Numbered from the whole stretch's first letter, positions 39,372 through 53,050 are shown. The stretch: 63,731 nt of DNA, filler included, from Octopus bimaculoides (GCF_001194135.2; 7 parts of 7 records of this genome joined end to end with filler, not necessarily neighbours in it); one strand, 5' to 3'. Made by a program: numbers and translations. The notes: a model not told the origin generated them from the sequence alone.

Positions 39372-39398
39372 TTCTTCTTCTCCTCCTCCTCCTCCTCC
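39270..39398. repeat. (CTG)/(CTT)n/(CCT)n trinucleotide tract
   Basis: Direct reading. It generates the poly-S, poly-F, poly-L and poly-E pseudo-ORFs. Confidence 0.95.
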
Positions 39399-39900
39399 CC
39401 CCTTCCTCACTAACAACGGAGTATCCAAATATTACCCGTTCGGCTTTTGTTTACCTTTATATCTACGCACTGACAACATTTGACACCTGGGTGTTACTTC
39501 AGGCATTGTTTTACATTTCGTTTCATCATATCTTTCTCTGTCTGTTTCCTCTCGGTTTTCACCCTAAAGAGACAAAAAAAAAAAATAACATTAAAAAAGG
39601 TAAATAAAAATTTAAAAAATTTTAAAAACCTACAAAAATGAAAAACAAAAAATGGAAGACAAAAAAAAGAAAAAGAAAAAAGAAAGAGAAATCCCTTAAC
39701 AGCTTCAAGCAATTTAGTTGATGTTTTTACTCGGAACGCGCAGAACTAAACAACAATTGGTCTACGAACAATTCCAAACCACAAACCCTCATTAAAAATA
39801 GACTAGACTAACAGTGTGCAATAGTAGCTAACATCAAAAGCCTAGCTTTAAATTACCCTTTTGTGCGTATATAGGTGTAAATAAGTCTATCTGTGTGTGC

Positions 39901-39944
<44 letters not shown>

Positions 39945-40251
39945 ACGTACGTGCATAATTATGTGTGTATATGTGCGTGTTTCTTCATGGGTGTTATGCG
40001 TGTGTTCTACACACACACTCTCTCTCTCTCTCTCTCTCTCNNNNNNNNNNNNNNNNNNNNNNNNNNNNNNNNNNNNNNNNNNNNTTAATTAATTAANNNN
40101 NNNNNNNNNNNNNNNNNNNNNNNNNNNNNNNNNNNNNNNNTATATATGTATATATATGTGGGTGTGTGCTTGTGTGTGTGTGTATTACATATATATATAT
40201 ATGTATATATTACATATGTATAAACACATGCTTCGCATACATACATGCATC

Positions 40252-40292
<41 letters not shown>

Positions 40293-40499
40293 ACACATAT
40301 ATATCAGAGGCATACTTCCTCTTGATGTTTATACGCGACATCATTGAAGAGTTTATTTCAATCAACGACTGCCGCCACTCCTGTGACCCTACAGGTTGCC
40401 TTATCAGTAACATAGATATGGATATTTATTGATATTGGTGTTTTGCTATAGGGAAATGTGTATAGGGAGATGACTTGCGAGAGTGATATGTTAGTTTGC

Positions 40500-40514
40500 G
40501 TTGCCGATGGCAAC
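40500..40514. promoter_or_regulatory. RFX X-box-like motif
   Basis: GTTGCC-GAT-GGCAAC, perfect half-sites with a 3-nt spacer. Confidence 0.4.
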
Positions 40515-40889
40515 GACGCTGGTTTTTCCCTCGAAGCTCAGTATGAGATAATGATTACTTAGATAGAAATCACTCTAGATTTACTCTAAAAGACACGAAC
40601 GAGGTTACATCCTTCCCTCCGTACGCAAACCATTACCTTTGTCGTTAAAAGCACCCCTTCGAGCGTTTGAAGGTATTGACTAAATCCATCCAAAATTTTG
40701 TCAGCCATTTTCAAATTAGATGTATGATTGTAAAATATTGTTAGTGCCGCATTGAATAGGTACTATAACGCCACTTATTTTTACTCAATAGTAAGCTACA
40801 CATATGCACACGAGCGCGCACACACACGTGTGTACGTATGTATATACATGAACGTATGTATGTGTGGATGTATGTATGTATGTATGTAT

Positions 40890-41040
40890 GTCTTCAACTT
40901 TCAAAGTTGAAGACTGGGAGTAGATGACGCAAGATCGATCGGTTTGGAAACAAATGATCTACAACAAATGTAAAGCATTTGAGGCTCGAAGAATTGAGCA
41001 AGCTATCTTGAAACGAGCACTTCGTAGACAGGACTTAATT
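40890..41040 (+). mobile_element. RTE-clade LINE 3' fragment
   Basis: DWE*MTQDRSVWKQMIYNKCKAFEARRIEQAILKRALRR matches the RTE tail pattern WE..A.DRS.W......FE..R......KR..R. Confidence 0.72.
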
Positions 41041-41638
41041 ACAATCCCAGACACTTTTCCGCTTTAAAATATTTGTAAGATCTGCAGTCGAGTTTGTTTT
41101 GTCAAGAGCAGGACTTTCTAGTCATATAAGATCTCATGACAATATTTATTAATCGAAGAGATGGCCTTCTTCTACAAAGAAGTGGCAATCATCATATATG
41201 TATGCATGTATGTTAAGTATTCATTTTTATTCCTAAATTTCTTGCCAATAGAGAAAGAACCACTTTATAACCGAGATCCAAAGCACTTTATTGCAAATTT
41301 CAACAACATAAACAAGACATTTGTGCATGATTGCGTGTACATGTACAATATTTTGAGTCAGTGTATGCGTATGTTGCGTTTTATGTATTTCCGTTAATGG
41401 CTTGATCTGTCATCTTCTAATTAGCTTACCCCTTTCTGGTTTTGAGAAAACTAATTTGTCAAGATCGATGCTTAGATAGTTACATATCCCAGTGCCCCAA
41501 TGATTGCAGGTATAAAATTGGACTTATAATCCGAGTAGAGTAGCTGTATATTTCTCAATACTTCAGCGTAGGTGTTTTTTTTCACTGATCTTTAGCCTTT
41601 TGTTGGCATCCGCTAGGTAACCGAGTTCCACTACTGTA

Positions 41639-42363
41639 CAGGGTGATCCGAAAGTTTTGTTACCCCCTACCAAAAAGTAATGAGAACAATTGAAGAACAA
41701 GTAATGCAGTAATCCAAAGCACGAACTGGATTTAGTCTATTCAGTTTCATTGACACTGTCACACATAGAGAAGGTCTGTATGAACACCATCATTTTCGTA
41801 GCACAGAATGATTCGGCGCCATGTCTTGTGTGATATTTTTCGAAGCTGTGCTTTGGTGATTGTTGCAAAGGCTCTCCGAACGGCGCCCTTCAACTGATGC
41901 GTATTCTGGTATCATTCATGCGGAACTCTCTCCTTGATAATATCCCACTGAGCGTTATCACAAGAAGTAAGGTCTTGATTTCTGGGAGGCCAATCGACAG
42001 GTGCTGGAAGTTGTTGCGATCTTCGCCCTATCTATTGATCCCGAAAAACTTCATTTAGGTATTTCCGGACAGTGATAGCATAGTGGTGGCCGGGGCGGAG
42101 GGCACCAACTTGTTGAAACCAACAATCATTCAGCTCAACACCCAGCATCTGGAGCTGTGGAACAAACAACTCCCTTAACATGGACAAGTAATATTGCTAG
42201 TCAACAGTGCCCTCGAAGAAAGAGTCTTATCAGGTGCTTACTCGATATGGCGATCCAAATCATTACATTGTGGGGGTGGGGTAGTGCTAAAACAGAAAAG
42301 TAATGGTAATAATGACAATAATAAACAGTATGTAGCGGGTAATAAGACTTTTGGACCACCATG
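41639..42363 (-). mobile_element. Internally deleted Tc1/mariner-superfamily element (DD41D/rosa-like) with both TIRs and TA target sites
   Basis: Imperfect ~31-bp TIRs CAGGGTGATCCGAAAGTTTTGTTACCCC (41639) and GGGTAATAAGACTTTTGGACCACCATG (ends 42363), each flanked by TA. Minus-strand frame 42220-41759 reads FFEGTVD*QYYLSML..VPQL..WFQQV..*IGR..WPPRNQDLTSCD..W.IIKERV, with stops. Confidence 0.88.
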
Positions 42364-42859
42364 TACAAAGTTTCACTTCTCTGTCTCCTGGTCTATTATG
42401 TTTACATTTTACTGAGGTTTTCACTAGGACACTCCAACAGTACTCTTTCCTATTATGAATGGCTACAGTGTATACCATATAATGCGTTATTATCTCTCTG
42501 CCCTCAGGATTATGCTTTCAACGGATCTCATTGTACAATACCTTGGCAATAACATCTTGTCTCATCGGTAGATAATAACGCGATGACATTTTTGGACAGC
42601 TAATTATAATGTGGGTCATGTCTTCAGTGCTAATCCCACCAACGGTTATCACATCTTTGTTTTTTTTTACTAAACAAAAAACAATTATTAAAGTCAATAT
42701 TATCTAGAAAATTATTCAAAGTTCTAATTTTGATATATTTTTTTTTATTATCAAAATGCAGTTTAAAATTTCTTTTATTACTGAAGATTACAACTAAAAG
42801 AAAAAACTAGTTTTCATGGAGAATTTTTCAACAGTTCGAGATAACATTCTATCTTTATA

Positions 42860-43030
42860 TTTCCTCTGCCATACACTTCACGACGTTTCTTTGTATAGAC
42901 ATAACAGAAGAAAACATTTCTCCAAATTATAAGCGTAATCCAATATCAGTTAAACTACGTTGATTTCAGTTTATTTTCATATTCCTTGGGTGTTTTAGAA
43001 GACATAGAAAGCTGAAGAAGAAAAGTGATT
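42860..43030 (-). mobile_element. Possible hAT transposase dimerisation-domain remnant
   Basis: Frameshifted AYNLEKCFSSVMSIQ.KRR resembles the TY.CE..FS....IK.K.R pattern. Confidence 0.4.
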
Positions 43031-43417
43031 TTAATTTATCTTTCAGTGATTGAAATTACATTTAAAATGTATTTGAGTGCTAATTAATTTTCTAAATTTA
43101 TTTATTGAGTGAGCGCTATTAGACGAATAAAGCATATAAAGAGAAATTAGTTGCACGATATCCTAAAAATTACACGAAATGACAATCAAATACGTTGATG
43201 AAATCCAGCAACTAACAGAAAATACTTGGAGGGCGGTGTTTTTACTAGTGTGTATAGATGTGTATATATATATATGTGTGTGTGTGTGTGTGAGTATGTG
43301 TATATATACATGTATATATATACTGCATATATATACATATATATATATACTGTGTATACATATGTATATATGTATATATACTGTATATCTATCTATCTAT
43401 CTATCTATCAATCTACC

Positions 43418-43448
<31 letters not shown>

Positions 43449-43511
43449 TATATGTATATGTCCGTATATATACACAATATGTGTGCGCATGTATATATAC
43501 ATATATACGTA

Positions 43512-43570
<59 letters not shown>

Positions 43571-43744
43571 NNNNNNNNNNNNNNNNNNNNNNNNNNNNNN
43601 NNNNNNNNNNNNNNTTAATTAATTAANNNNNNNNNNNNNNNNNNNNNNNNNNNNNNNNNNNNNNNNNNNNATGAAAAACGTAGAAAGCAACACAGTATTT
43701 CAGTCATCGCTCTCGCAAATCGTCTGGTTCATAACACCGTGTGT

Positions 43745-43890
43745 TTAAGGATCGCGATTTATAATGACGTCGGCTCGTGTTTAGTTACACTGCGCAACAC
43801 TTCGGACAAGTGTCTTCTATTGTACCCATGGTCAGCCCAATAACCTGTGTGATTTTGACTGGCAGAAACAGTGCAGAAGCCCATCCTACA
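43745..43890 (+). mobile_element. SINE family A-like, old diverged copy
   Basis: CACTTCGGACAAGTGTCTTCTATTGTA..GGCAGAAACAGTGCAGAAGCCCATC then (CA)n. Confidence 0.6.
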
Positions 43891-43946
<56 letters not shown>

Positions 43947-44759
43947 CACATACATACATGTACGCATGTTTATTTCTTGAGCACATTCATGCCGGTCTCT
44001 GACAAAGCGACAAGGTTTTTTTAAATGAAGAGAATTCCCGATGTTTCTAAAGATATGATTGAGCTGGTGTATTGGTTGAACTGTTAGAGCATACACCCAA
44101 TACATCGTAAATGTTACGATGCATCTGTTCACCTAAGAATCTCATATGGAGAATTTCTACAATGTCTAAATAAATTCTTCACTGTGCGACTAATAGATTG
44201 GATTTGAAGAATATGCGTATGTTTCTTTCGCTCTATCTACTTGAAACCGAATACTTTTAGGGTTTGTGCAAATTTGTTGATGCATAACCTTATGCACCCA
44301 CGATGATGGGTACAAACGAGAATTCATTGTCAGGTTACAAGCGCTGTATGTTCCGCGTTGATTGGCCCTCAATGTTCTCTTTTGCCTGTACATTCACATC
44401 GGCTGGGCACCTGGCCTCTACAACAGTTCATGTCTTTTGTTCCCAGTATGTATGTATGTATGTATGTATGTATGTATGTATGTATGTGCGTGTGCGCGCG
44501 TATGTATGCATGTGTCTTTGTGTTTGCGTTTCTTCCTCACCATCGCTCGACTATCGTTGTTCGTTTATTTACATCCCTCCCCCTGTAAATTAGTGGTTCG
44601 ACAAAAGAACCCGTTGGAATAATTTTCAGAGTTAGAATAACTACTGGAGGCGACTTCTTTAACCAAAATCTTCAAGGCACTATCCCAGCACGGCCAAAGT
44701 GCAAAGACAAACCCATAAACAGTAGATGACAGCACTCATTCCTAAAATAGGCAGAAGAA

Positions 44760-45405
44760 TTTAGTTTTCGTGCCAAGTGTTTTCTCGATTAAGTCGACTC
44801 CTTCTACTTTATTTCATCTACCTCAGTCTGACACCGGAGGCATTTAGTCTCAGAACGCAATATCGGAAGAAATGCCGCTAAGCAATTTGTCCTTGCAGTA
44901 GCAATTCTCCCAGCTCGTCGTTTTAATAGTTATGAGAATAACGATTTGTAAAGTAGTTAATCGGCTTCAATTTTAGTGCGGAAATGACCAATCTTAATAC
45001 TTGACTGCTTCATTTTTCATCGCCTCCTGTAAGCAAATTAACCTTAATGGGATTTAATCCTGCGCTGTCGATATCAAGTTTATTTCTTTATTTTATGGTT
45101 TTGTTTTTCAATTGCTCACTGTAAAACCGTTTCAGATTTTAAGGGTTGATTCTATGTAATGCATCTTCTGTAAATTCATTTTCTTATAATAATGGTTTCA
45201 AATTTTGCCACAAGGGTAGCCATTTCGGAGGCGGTGGTTGAGTCGATTCCATCGACCCCAGTGTTTCACTGGTACTTAATTTATCGACCCGACCCCCAGT
45301 GTTTCGCTGGTACTTGGTTTAACGACCCCGAAAGGATGAAAGGCTTAGTCAACCACGGCAAAATTTCGTCCAGTGTGCTAACAATTCTGCCAGATGGCCG
45401 CCTTC
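44760..45405 (-). mobile_element. Two SINE family B copies (about 44760-44925 and 45188-45405)
   Basis: Family B body motifs in both. The second has a short internal duplication (CCCCAGTGTTTC.CTGGTACTT twice). Confidence 0.72.
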
Positions 45406-45689
45406 GTTTTCTTATCAAAATAAAATTAGTAGTTCCTATCTATATCGTTTTTACATTCATGCCTTATTTCTTAGATATTTCTGTTCACGATCCTTTACTA
45501 CCTAGGTTTTCCGAGTAGCGTATTCTGATAATATAATATAGGGATATGTATATCAGTTACATACAGGATAAATTTTGCTTGATATTCTGAGATCCAGACA
45601 ATTCAATTATGACAGCCACTCCATTGTTACATATCAGATTCACCTGATTTGATACTATTTATTTTCAGTTTTCGAGGTGGCTAACTATT

Positions 45690-46125
45690 CCCTGTATAGT
45701 TATAAAACTCGGATTACAATAATGTGGTTTCGAGTTCATCGCACAGAGCAGTACCATGAGCAATTGTACTCTACCACAGCCCGAGAAAAACAAAAGCTTC
45801 GTGCGTGAATTCGGTCGCGGAATTCGTGTGGAAGCCAGTCGTAAATATAAGTGTATTTTTGTATGTGTGTCTTTGTGTCTGTGCTTGTCCCCTATCATGA
45901 ATTGAAAACTAGAATTGGATTGTTTACATCCCCATTGCTATGTAGTTATAATCGATAAAATAAGCATGAGACTTCGTAGTTATAACTTTGTAGTTATAAC
46001 CGATAAAAAAAGCACGAGATTACATGAATAAATGCTAGGGTGGGTTTGTTCCACCAACCACTTCAAGGCAGTGACCCAGGTTTACGGATGTACAATGAGT
46101 GAAACAAGTAAAAGATAAAAGATAA
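45690..46125 (+). mobile_element. SINE family A-like, old diverged copy
   Basis: Diverged head and body; tail GAGTGAAACAAGTAAAAGATAAAAGATAAA. Confidence 0.6.
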
Positions 46126-46819
46126 AGTATGTTATTTAGTTACGGTAAATACAGGATTTTACCTAAAGTAATGCAAAAGTAAGGACAACCGTTTTTCTTA
46201 TTAACTGCTATATATTTCGCTGAAATTGATAGAAACTTGATAGAGCATTGTAAGAAATATCATACTTAACATTATCTCTATTACAAGAGATGCATTTGAG
46301 CCTTCAATAAATCCTCTGTGAAAATATTCAGCTCTGTACTCTTCTACCCACATCTTCCCAGTCATTTTTACCTCGTCTGTGTCATTTGAATTATTTTCTT
46401 CGAAGACTCCCTTTCATTGGACCGAACAGCTGGATGCTAGAAAGCACTAGATCTTGGTTGTGTTGTGGTTTGGGAACCAACGGCCGGTGACTAGTGACCA
46501 TCCTAATTCGTCGATTACTTTATTTGTTGCCATAATCTAAGCAATTAGAAAGGCGTTTTACTGCTGTTGCAGTTTGGAGTTGATTGCAAACTCTACTGAT
46601 ATAATAAATAGGGAATCCGAAATAAAATATCTTGCAGTATTTCTCCTAGGTATTTAGATTCTAAAATCAAGTCGTTAGGGCCAAGTTTGTCATTCGTCAC
46701 TCAGGGTCGATAGAAGAATGTGCAAGTCAAGCATTGAGCATGATTTCATCGAGCAACCTCTGAATTTTGTTATATATATTCCTTATCTACATTACGTGTA
46801 TCTCAAATTCTTCCTGTAT

Positions 46820-47430
46820 AAATTATCTTTTTAATTTTCTATCTTTGATCTTTTTATTATTCCTGATTATTCTGGCCGTGCCAAGGAGGCAAACCTTTTG
46901 TAACAGTTCTATAGCGCGCACTATTCCAATTTCTTTTATATTCGTCTTGATGCCTTCTATTACTGTTGCCAAGAACCCAATTGGTACTATGTTCACCTTC
47001 TCCATTTTCTATAGCCGGCCTATTTCGTACTTTAGAGGGTTGGATTTATCTAGCTTTTCNNNNNNNNNNNNNNNNNNNNNNNNNNNNNNNNNNNNNNNNN
47101 NNNNNNNNNNNNNNNNNNNNNNNNNNNNNNNNNNNNNNNNNNNNNNNNNNNNNNNNNNNNNNNNNNNNNNNNNNNNNNNNNNNNNNNNNNNNNNNNNNNN
47201 NNNNNNNNNNNNNNNNNNNNNNNNNNNNNNNNNNNNNNNNNNNNNNNNNNNNNNNNNNNNNNNNNNNNNNNNNNNNNNNNNNNNNNNNNNNNNNAATGGT
47301 TTCATCTTCTCTATTGCGAATGCGGCACAGCGGAGACACTTGCTCATTCCGAAGGTTGACCCTCCAGTTCCTGGTCAAAGCTTCCTCTTTCACTGCCACT
47401 ATAGTGCTCTCTCTGTCTCTTTTTTTTTTT
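46820..47430 (-). mobile_element. RLE-type LINE (R4/Dong-like) 3' fragment, interrupted by a gap
   Basis: ESTIVAVKEEAL..VSPLCRI..DETI (zinc-knuckle region); after the gap EKL..PLKYEIGRL..EKVNIVPIG..LLQKVCLLGTARIIR. Confidence 0.85.
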
Positions 47431-47506
47431 TTTTTACTTCCTCTCATCAGCCAATCCCACCTATGTTTTCCTGCAACCTCTGCTATGGTTGCATAGAATT
47501 ATTATT

Positions 47507-47583
<77 letters not shown>

Positions 47584-49334
47584 CATCATTATTATTATCA
47601 TTACTATTATTATTGTTGGTGTTGTTATTGTTGTTGCTGATAATGTTAACAAATCCTTAATGCTCACAATAAGGTTATATTAATGTATATAAACAGATAA
47701 TGTTCATAATGATATTCATAATATCTATACACAAAATAATTCAATAAAATATTTTAATAGAGCGACGCCTATAAAATACCTTAAGTTCATTAATATTCCA
47801 TTAGTGTTTTGAACTAGTGGTTTATAGGCATGCTAGACCACGTATTTACTGTTCATATCATACAGGATATATTAACGAATTGTTATGCAAAAGTATTCGT
47901 CTCCGCCTGATATCTACAACTTAATAAATATATTAACAATGATTTCAACTATCACCGTCATTATGTACATTATACAATCTGTACTAACAAGCACAATGAT
48001 ATATCAGCGTTTAAGTAAAATAGGCAACGTCAGAACAACACACAGTACTCAATATAATATATTTGACTTTAGAAACTTTTATAATGACTGTTTTTTGGCT
48101 GATGGTTTTCTTTGGTTGAGGATTCTATTGAAGTTCTTAACGATGCGTTTCATCTATTGACTGCTATATATCCTTCATACGATAGAACGGAAATGTTTGA
48201 TGTCGACAAAATGATAATTAGTGATTTTCGCATGAATTGTTTATGTTTTGCAAGAATTGCATGAACGATTTTGGAAAGTGTTTCTATATTCTATCTAAGA
48301 TCAGATATTGATGGTAGCAGTTTAGCACTGAATCACGAGTACCAAACAGTACCATCGACGAGAATGTTTTCTCTTACTGTTGTTATGCTGCAGCTGTCTA
48401 AAAACTTAGTCATCGCTGATCGTGATGAAGGACGCTTTTCTTCGTCATTGCGTATATACATATGTGTGTGTGTGTGTGTATGTGTCTGTGTGTTCATATG
48501 TTTACATCCCTACATCGACCCCAGTGCATAACTGGTACTTATTTTATTGACCCCGAAAGGATGAAAGACAAAGTCNNNNNNNNNNNNNNNNNNNNNNNNN
48601 NNNNNNNNNNNNNNNNNNNNNNNNNNNNNNNNNNNNNNNNNNNNNNNNNNNNNNNNNNATATATATATATATATACCCTCATTCACTCAATTACGTTATT
48701 CAGGCTTCTAATATTTTAAATCTACTCATAAATACGTTCTATGCATTTGCAACACAAGCAGATGTAATCAGCGAAACAATTCTAAACCATTTAATACCAT
48801 ATTAAATTAAATTGCATATTTACATTTTGCACCAGTTCACTGAATATGAACAGCATCACATCTCCAATGATTCAATAAATAGAATGATTACATTTTAAGA
48901 ATATACTTTTCTATTTTTTCTCAATTTCTGTTTATACAATTTTAATAGTTTTTCACTATTTGACCATTACAGGGTTTACAGTACAAATAACATACGGACG
49001 AGCGGACATCAATCACTTTTCTAGAGCAGCTGAATTATACACAGATCAGTTCAAATTTTCATTGTGTTGCACATGACTTGTCCATAGGTTGATAGAATAT
49101 TTTAAACATTTCCTTCCAGTTCACCCTGATTACGTAGAACTATGATCAAAGATGGTCCAACCAAACAAATCTAGTTTTTTTCTTTTTTAAATCAAAAACG
49201 TGTTTAGGTCAAATATATCCAACTTGTGTTTTCTTTATGTGTGGTAGCGTGTGGTTTGAGATAATTTAATTTCTCTTTCTAGCCTCTCCAGCTACCTAAG
49301 TTCATTATCAGCCAGCAGTACGTTGAATTACAAT

Positions 49335-49480
49335 TCTCACCATCATCATCGAGTCGAGGCTACTCGAATTAGTGTGAACCCGATCTTCCATATATCTTTA
49401 TTCTGAGCCACGTCTATCTGGTTCTTGAGGACATCCGGTGTCATCTATCAGCTAATTAACGTATATCTTCAAAGGTTAAT
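49335..49480 (-). mobile_element. RTE-like LINE 3' fragment
   Basis: YVN*LIDDTGC...VAQNKDIWKDRV followed by a (GAT)n tail. Confidence 0.5.
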
Positions 49481-49589
49481 TTTTTTGATGGTGATCATAG
49501 AAAGGTGCCAATAGCAAACAGCATATTAACTTGCCAGTATTGCCCGTCATTACGAACAATATTTTTTTTGTTTTTGATGTGATGTTCTT

Positions 49590-50000
49590 TCCGCGACACA
49601 TTCAGAATGGTTCGAAAGATGCGGTCACAGTTGCGCTGTGACACAATCCCAGTTCTGTTTATTAACGTTCACATGGAAGAGCCGTGAAGTAACGCATAAG
49701 GGTTCAAAGATCCTATCCGAATCATAAGCTCATAAACCCGGATATTCAGTTTCTGTGTCGTATAGATTCTGCCTTCCTAGACAAGACACCGGTCTGGCAT
49801 ATGAATACTAATTTCTGCCGGCTCAGTGGACTGGGGCTACAGAAAATATATTGAGGCATACATTGGAACGCTCCCGTCAAAAGATCTAACATGTGCAACA
49901 ATAACAGACTGGATATAATTGTTTGAGATAGACAAGAAGAAGAACTATGTATTGCCATAGAGATACGCTGACCTGGTGGTGTCAATATTTCTCCAAAGTC
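49590..50000 (+). mobile_element. Degenerate RLE-type LINE fragment
   Basis: CNNNRLDIIV*DRQEEELCIAIEIR*PGGVNI resembles the HNRPDI.VWD..K.C.V.E.SCP.D.N pattern of RLE. Confidence 0.55.
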
Positions 50001-50430
50001 AAATAAAAAGAAGTCAGCTTGGAACAGCTGCTTCGAAACGTTCAGTTGCCAAACCCAGATTATAAATTCTCATTTATACAAATAATAACTGATTCGCATG
50101 TTTTTGATAGTAAACGTCCAAGTGATAAAGCTAAACAATTTGGAGAAAGGGAACCAAACAGTTGAAACGCATATTACAAATAACATCAGAAAGCGAAACA
50201 GTAAAAGTATGCGAGACTTTTCTCAATTGCAAGTTGTCTCAGTTTTTGTTCTTAGCATTCTAGTGATGGAGCTCTGTATCTTGGTTAGGAACTAGCTCCT
50301 TCTTTAGAAGACTACCGAATAATAATTGAAAATAGAATAGAACGTACATCATGCATCAATTCAAACATACATAAATTAATGCAGGCATATATATAAACAA
50401 TCATACGTGCATACATAGACACACTCATAA

Positions 50431-50523
<93 letters not shown>

Positions 50524-51088
50524 TATGTATTACGTAACTCTGTATGTAGATATATGCATGGACACATGGGCTGCAGTTAATGGATTGTGCGAAGCATCAC
50601 TTTCACTCAGTTATATGTCTTGCTATTAAATAAAAATGCGCTATTCATTTCCAACGATGTATTTATGGAAACACTTGCCTTACATATCAATCTATAACCA
50701 TGATCAGTAATTAAAAATTAAAATCATTTGTGGTAATTGATGATCAATTAAATGGAAAATATTTATGAAGTAAGTTCACATAGTTTCATGTCCATCAGAT
50801 AAGTTCATATGCATTGAGATAAACATCGTTGTACAACGAATGGAAAAAAAATGTCGATCACAATGGATTTATTCTGTAAAAAGAGATATTGATTAAACAT
50901 AAAGATGTCGGATTTGAGAAAAATATTTCTCTAAAATATATTTTTGAAAAATACATAAAATTTTCTTCAATATAATTATCACAATATCAAATTCTAGGTT
51001 ATACGTTTACAAAATAAAAATTCGTATATAGTTACTAAGTACGTATACATATGTGTGGGGGATGAGTGGGTGTGCATGTATGCGTGTA

Positions 51089-51124
<36 letters not shown>

Positions 51125-51294
51125 AGAGAAAGTGTATGCATATATTCATGTTGGAGTATGTCTATAGACGTACATATACTCCCACATACACACANNNNNN
51201 NNNNNNNNNNNNNNNNNNNNNNNNNNNNNNNNNNNNNNTTAATTAATTAANNNNNNNNNNNNNNNNNNNNNNNNNNNNNNNNNNNNNNNNNNNN

Positions 51295-51329
<35 letters not shown>

Positions 51330-52603
51330 TAATGTTTATATGCCAACAGAATGTGGCAGCCCTATAAAGGACGATATTACTGTTGTTTTATCCCCAGGAA
51401 AACATCTTTTCCAGCTGGCTACCGACACAGTTTGTGTCTGTACAGCATTGGCAAGGGAAGTCATTGCTCCCATCTCTCGCCTTACGTCATACTCACAGAC
51501 CTAGGCTTCTGGATGTTATCCGTCCTCAATGTGAGACAACTACAAGCTAGTGACGAAAGCTCTCTCCACTTGCAAATATATATTTTGTAAGTGATCTCGT
51601 ATAGAGAAAAACAACTTGTTCTAAATTTCTGAACGAGAGATATACAGTAACAGTGCTGGATAGTAAATTCCAATTTTGATTTTTTTTTTCAAGTTCCTTG
51701 AAAATTATTATTGTGTGATTTAATATTGAATGATTTAAGTATGCTGCAATCACAAATCTAATATTAATCCACTGCAACATTTTAATTCATGCGTGATAGC
51801 ATTATTGTAACGTCTCCCAATAGCTCTTGAAGATAAACGTTGCCCAAATACCTGTAGCATTGCTTGTACATTAGCCTAATATCAGCAAAACTGTGGTGAT
51901 TCCGGTATCTTTTTATTTTTGTTGGGTGTTGTTGAAGAAATAAAACTGATTAACAAAAGTGGTTTAAAGTTACTTGTGTCATTTGGGCATAACTACCGAA
52001 GCTGCTTCCCATTTGTTTCCTCATAATCAGGAATATGAATATTCTATGAAATTTTGTATAAATACGTTCCAAATGGCATAGATTAGATTGTAGCAGAATT
52101 TGTTCTGGATACCTTTTTTAGAGATGAGAGAGGAGTTTCAGATAATTCACACTACTCTATTTGTTTTTTCATAGCTTTCAGAAAAATTGTTAACTTGTAG
52201 AGAAATTTCCTACACATAACTTTCAGTTGATATAGATTACGATTCTGTCGGGGGGAAAATGTGTGAAAAATAAAATGGGTGAACGATATTTCATGCATCT
52301 CGACTTTGTTTTCTCATACGTTTTGATGATTCAATCACAATTATGTTGAAAGAACTTTTGAGGACAATTCCACTCTTTCCCGAAAATTTTCTGAAAGAAA
52401 TCTTTGTGCAAAAGACTGTACAATACTTACACTAATTATTGAATAGAAATATCTACAAACTCCGATGTAACTTTCATTTACACTGTCTGAAATGTAGTTG
52501 TAGAAAATTTCACTAATAAATATCTGTTTTTCAGAAAGTTGTGAGTAAACAATAGAGGTCTGGCATATTTCTATAGTTATGCCCTAAATTTACTGCCCGA
52601 GTA

Positions 52604-52790
52604 GTTCTAATTCCTAAGGTATTTTTCGATATTATTATTATTATTATTCAGGTCACTGCCTGGAATCGAACTCGGAATCTTAGGGTTAGTAGCTCGCGCT
52701 CTTAACCACTGCGTCATATGCCCGTCAAATGTAAATTATGTAAATAATGTACATAATTCCTCATCTCTTAAATATAGAACTGTATTATCT
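52604..52790 (-). mobile_element. Solo fragment of the same PLE pLTR family (tRNA-like module on the minus strand joined to a plus-strand pLTR 3' tail)
   Basis: 52655-52725 matches 27996-28075. It switches at CCGT into GTCAAATGTAAAT, which matches 29077-29095. Confidence 0.8.
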
Positions 52791-52807
52791 AATAATCATA
52801 TCACTTT

Positions 52808-53050
52808 TGGTAACATCATAACGTCCACCGTCGTTGTGCCGCAAGGTGCCCTATCCGGACCTCTGCTCTTTGCTTTAGTCATTGACCACGTTGCGAACAC
52901 TAGTCACTCACCGTTCAACGTCGGGTACATGAAGAATACGACACCGTGCGGTTCAGCTGTCTAGAGAAGACGACCTTTCCGATGTTATTCTAACTTTGTT
53001 GATTCTTGGACTCGGGATAAACTTACCCAAGTCAGATGTTGCAAATGTAA
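52808..53050 (+). mobile_element. CR1/L2-type LINE reverse transcriptase fragment
   Basis: VVVPQGALSGPLLFALVIDHV..GYMKNTT (decayed GVPQGS.LGP.LF..Y.DD), then DSWTRDK..CKCK. Confidence 0.75.

Noticed and set aside
39090-39607. Poly-S, poly-E, poly-L and poly-F ORFs
   Set aside because: Produced by the (CTT)n/(CCT)n tract; no supporting domain.
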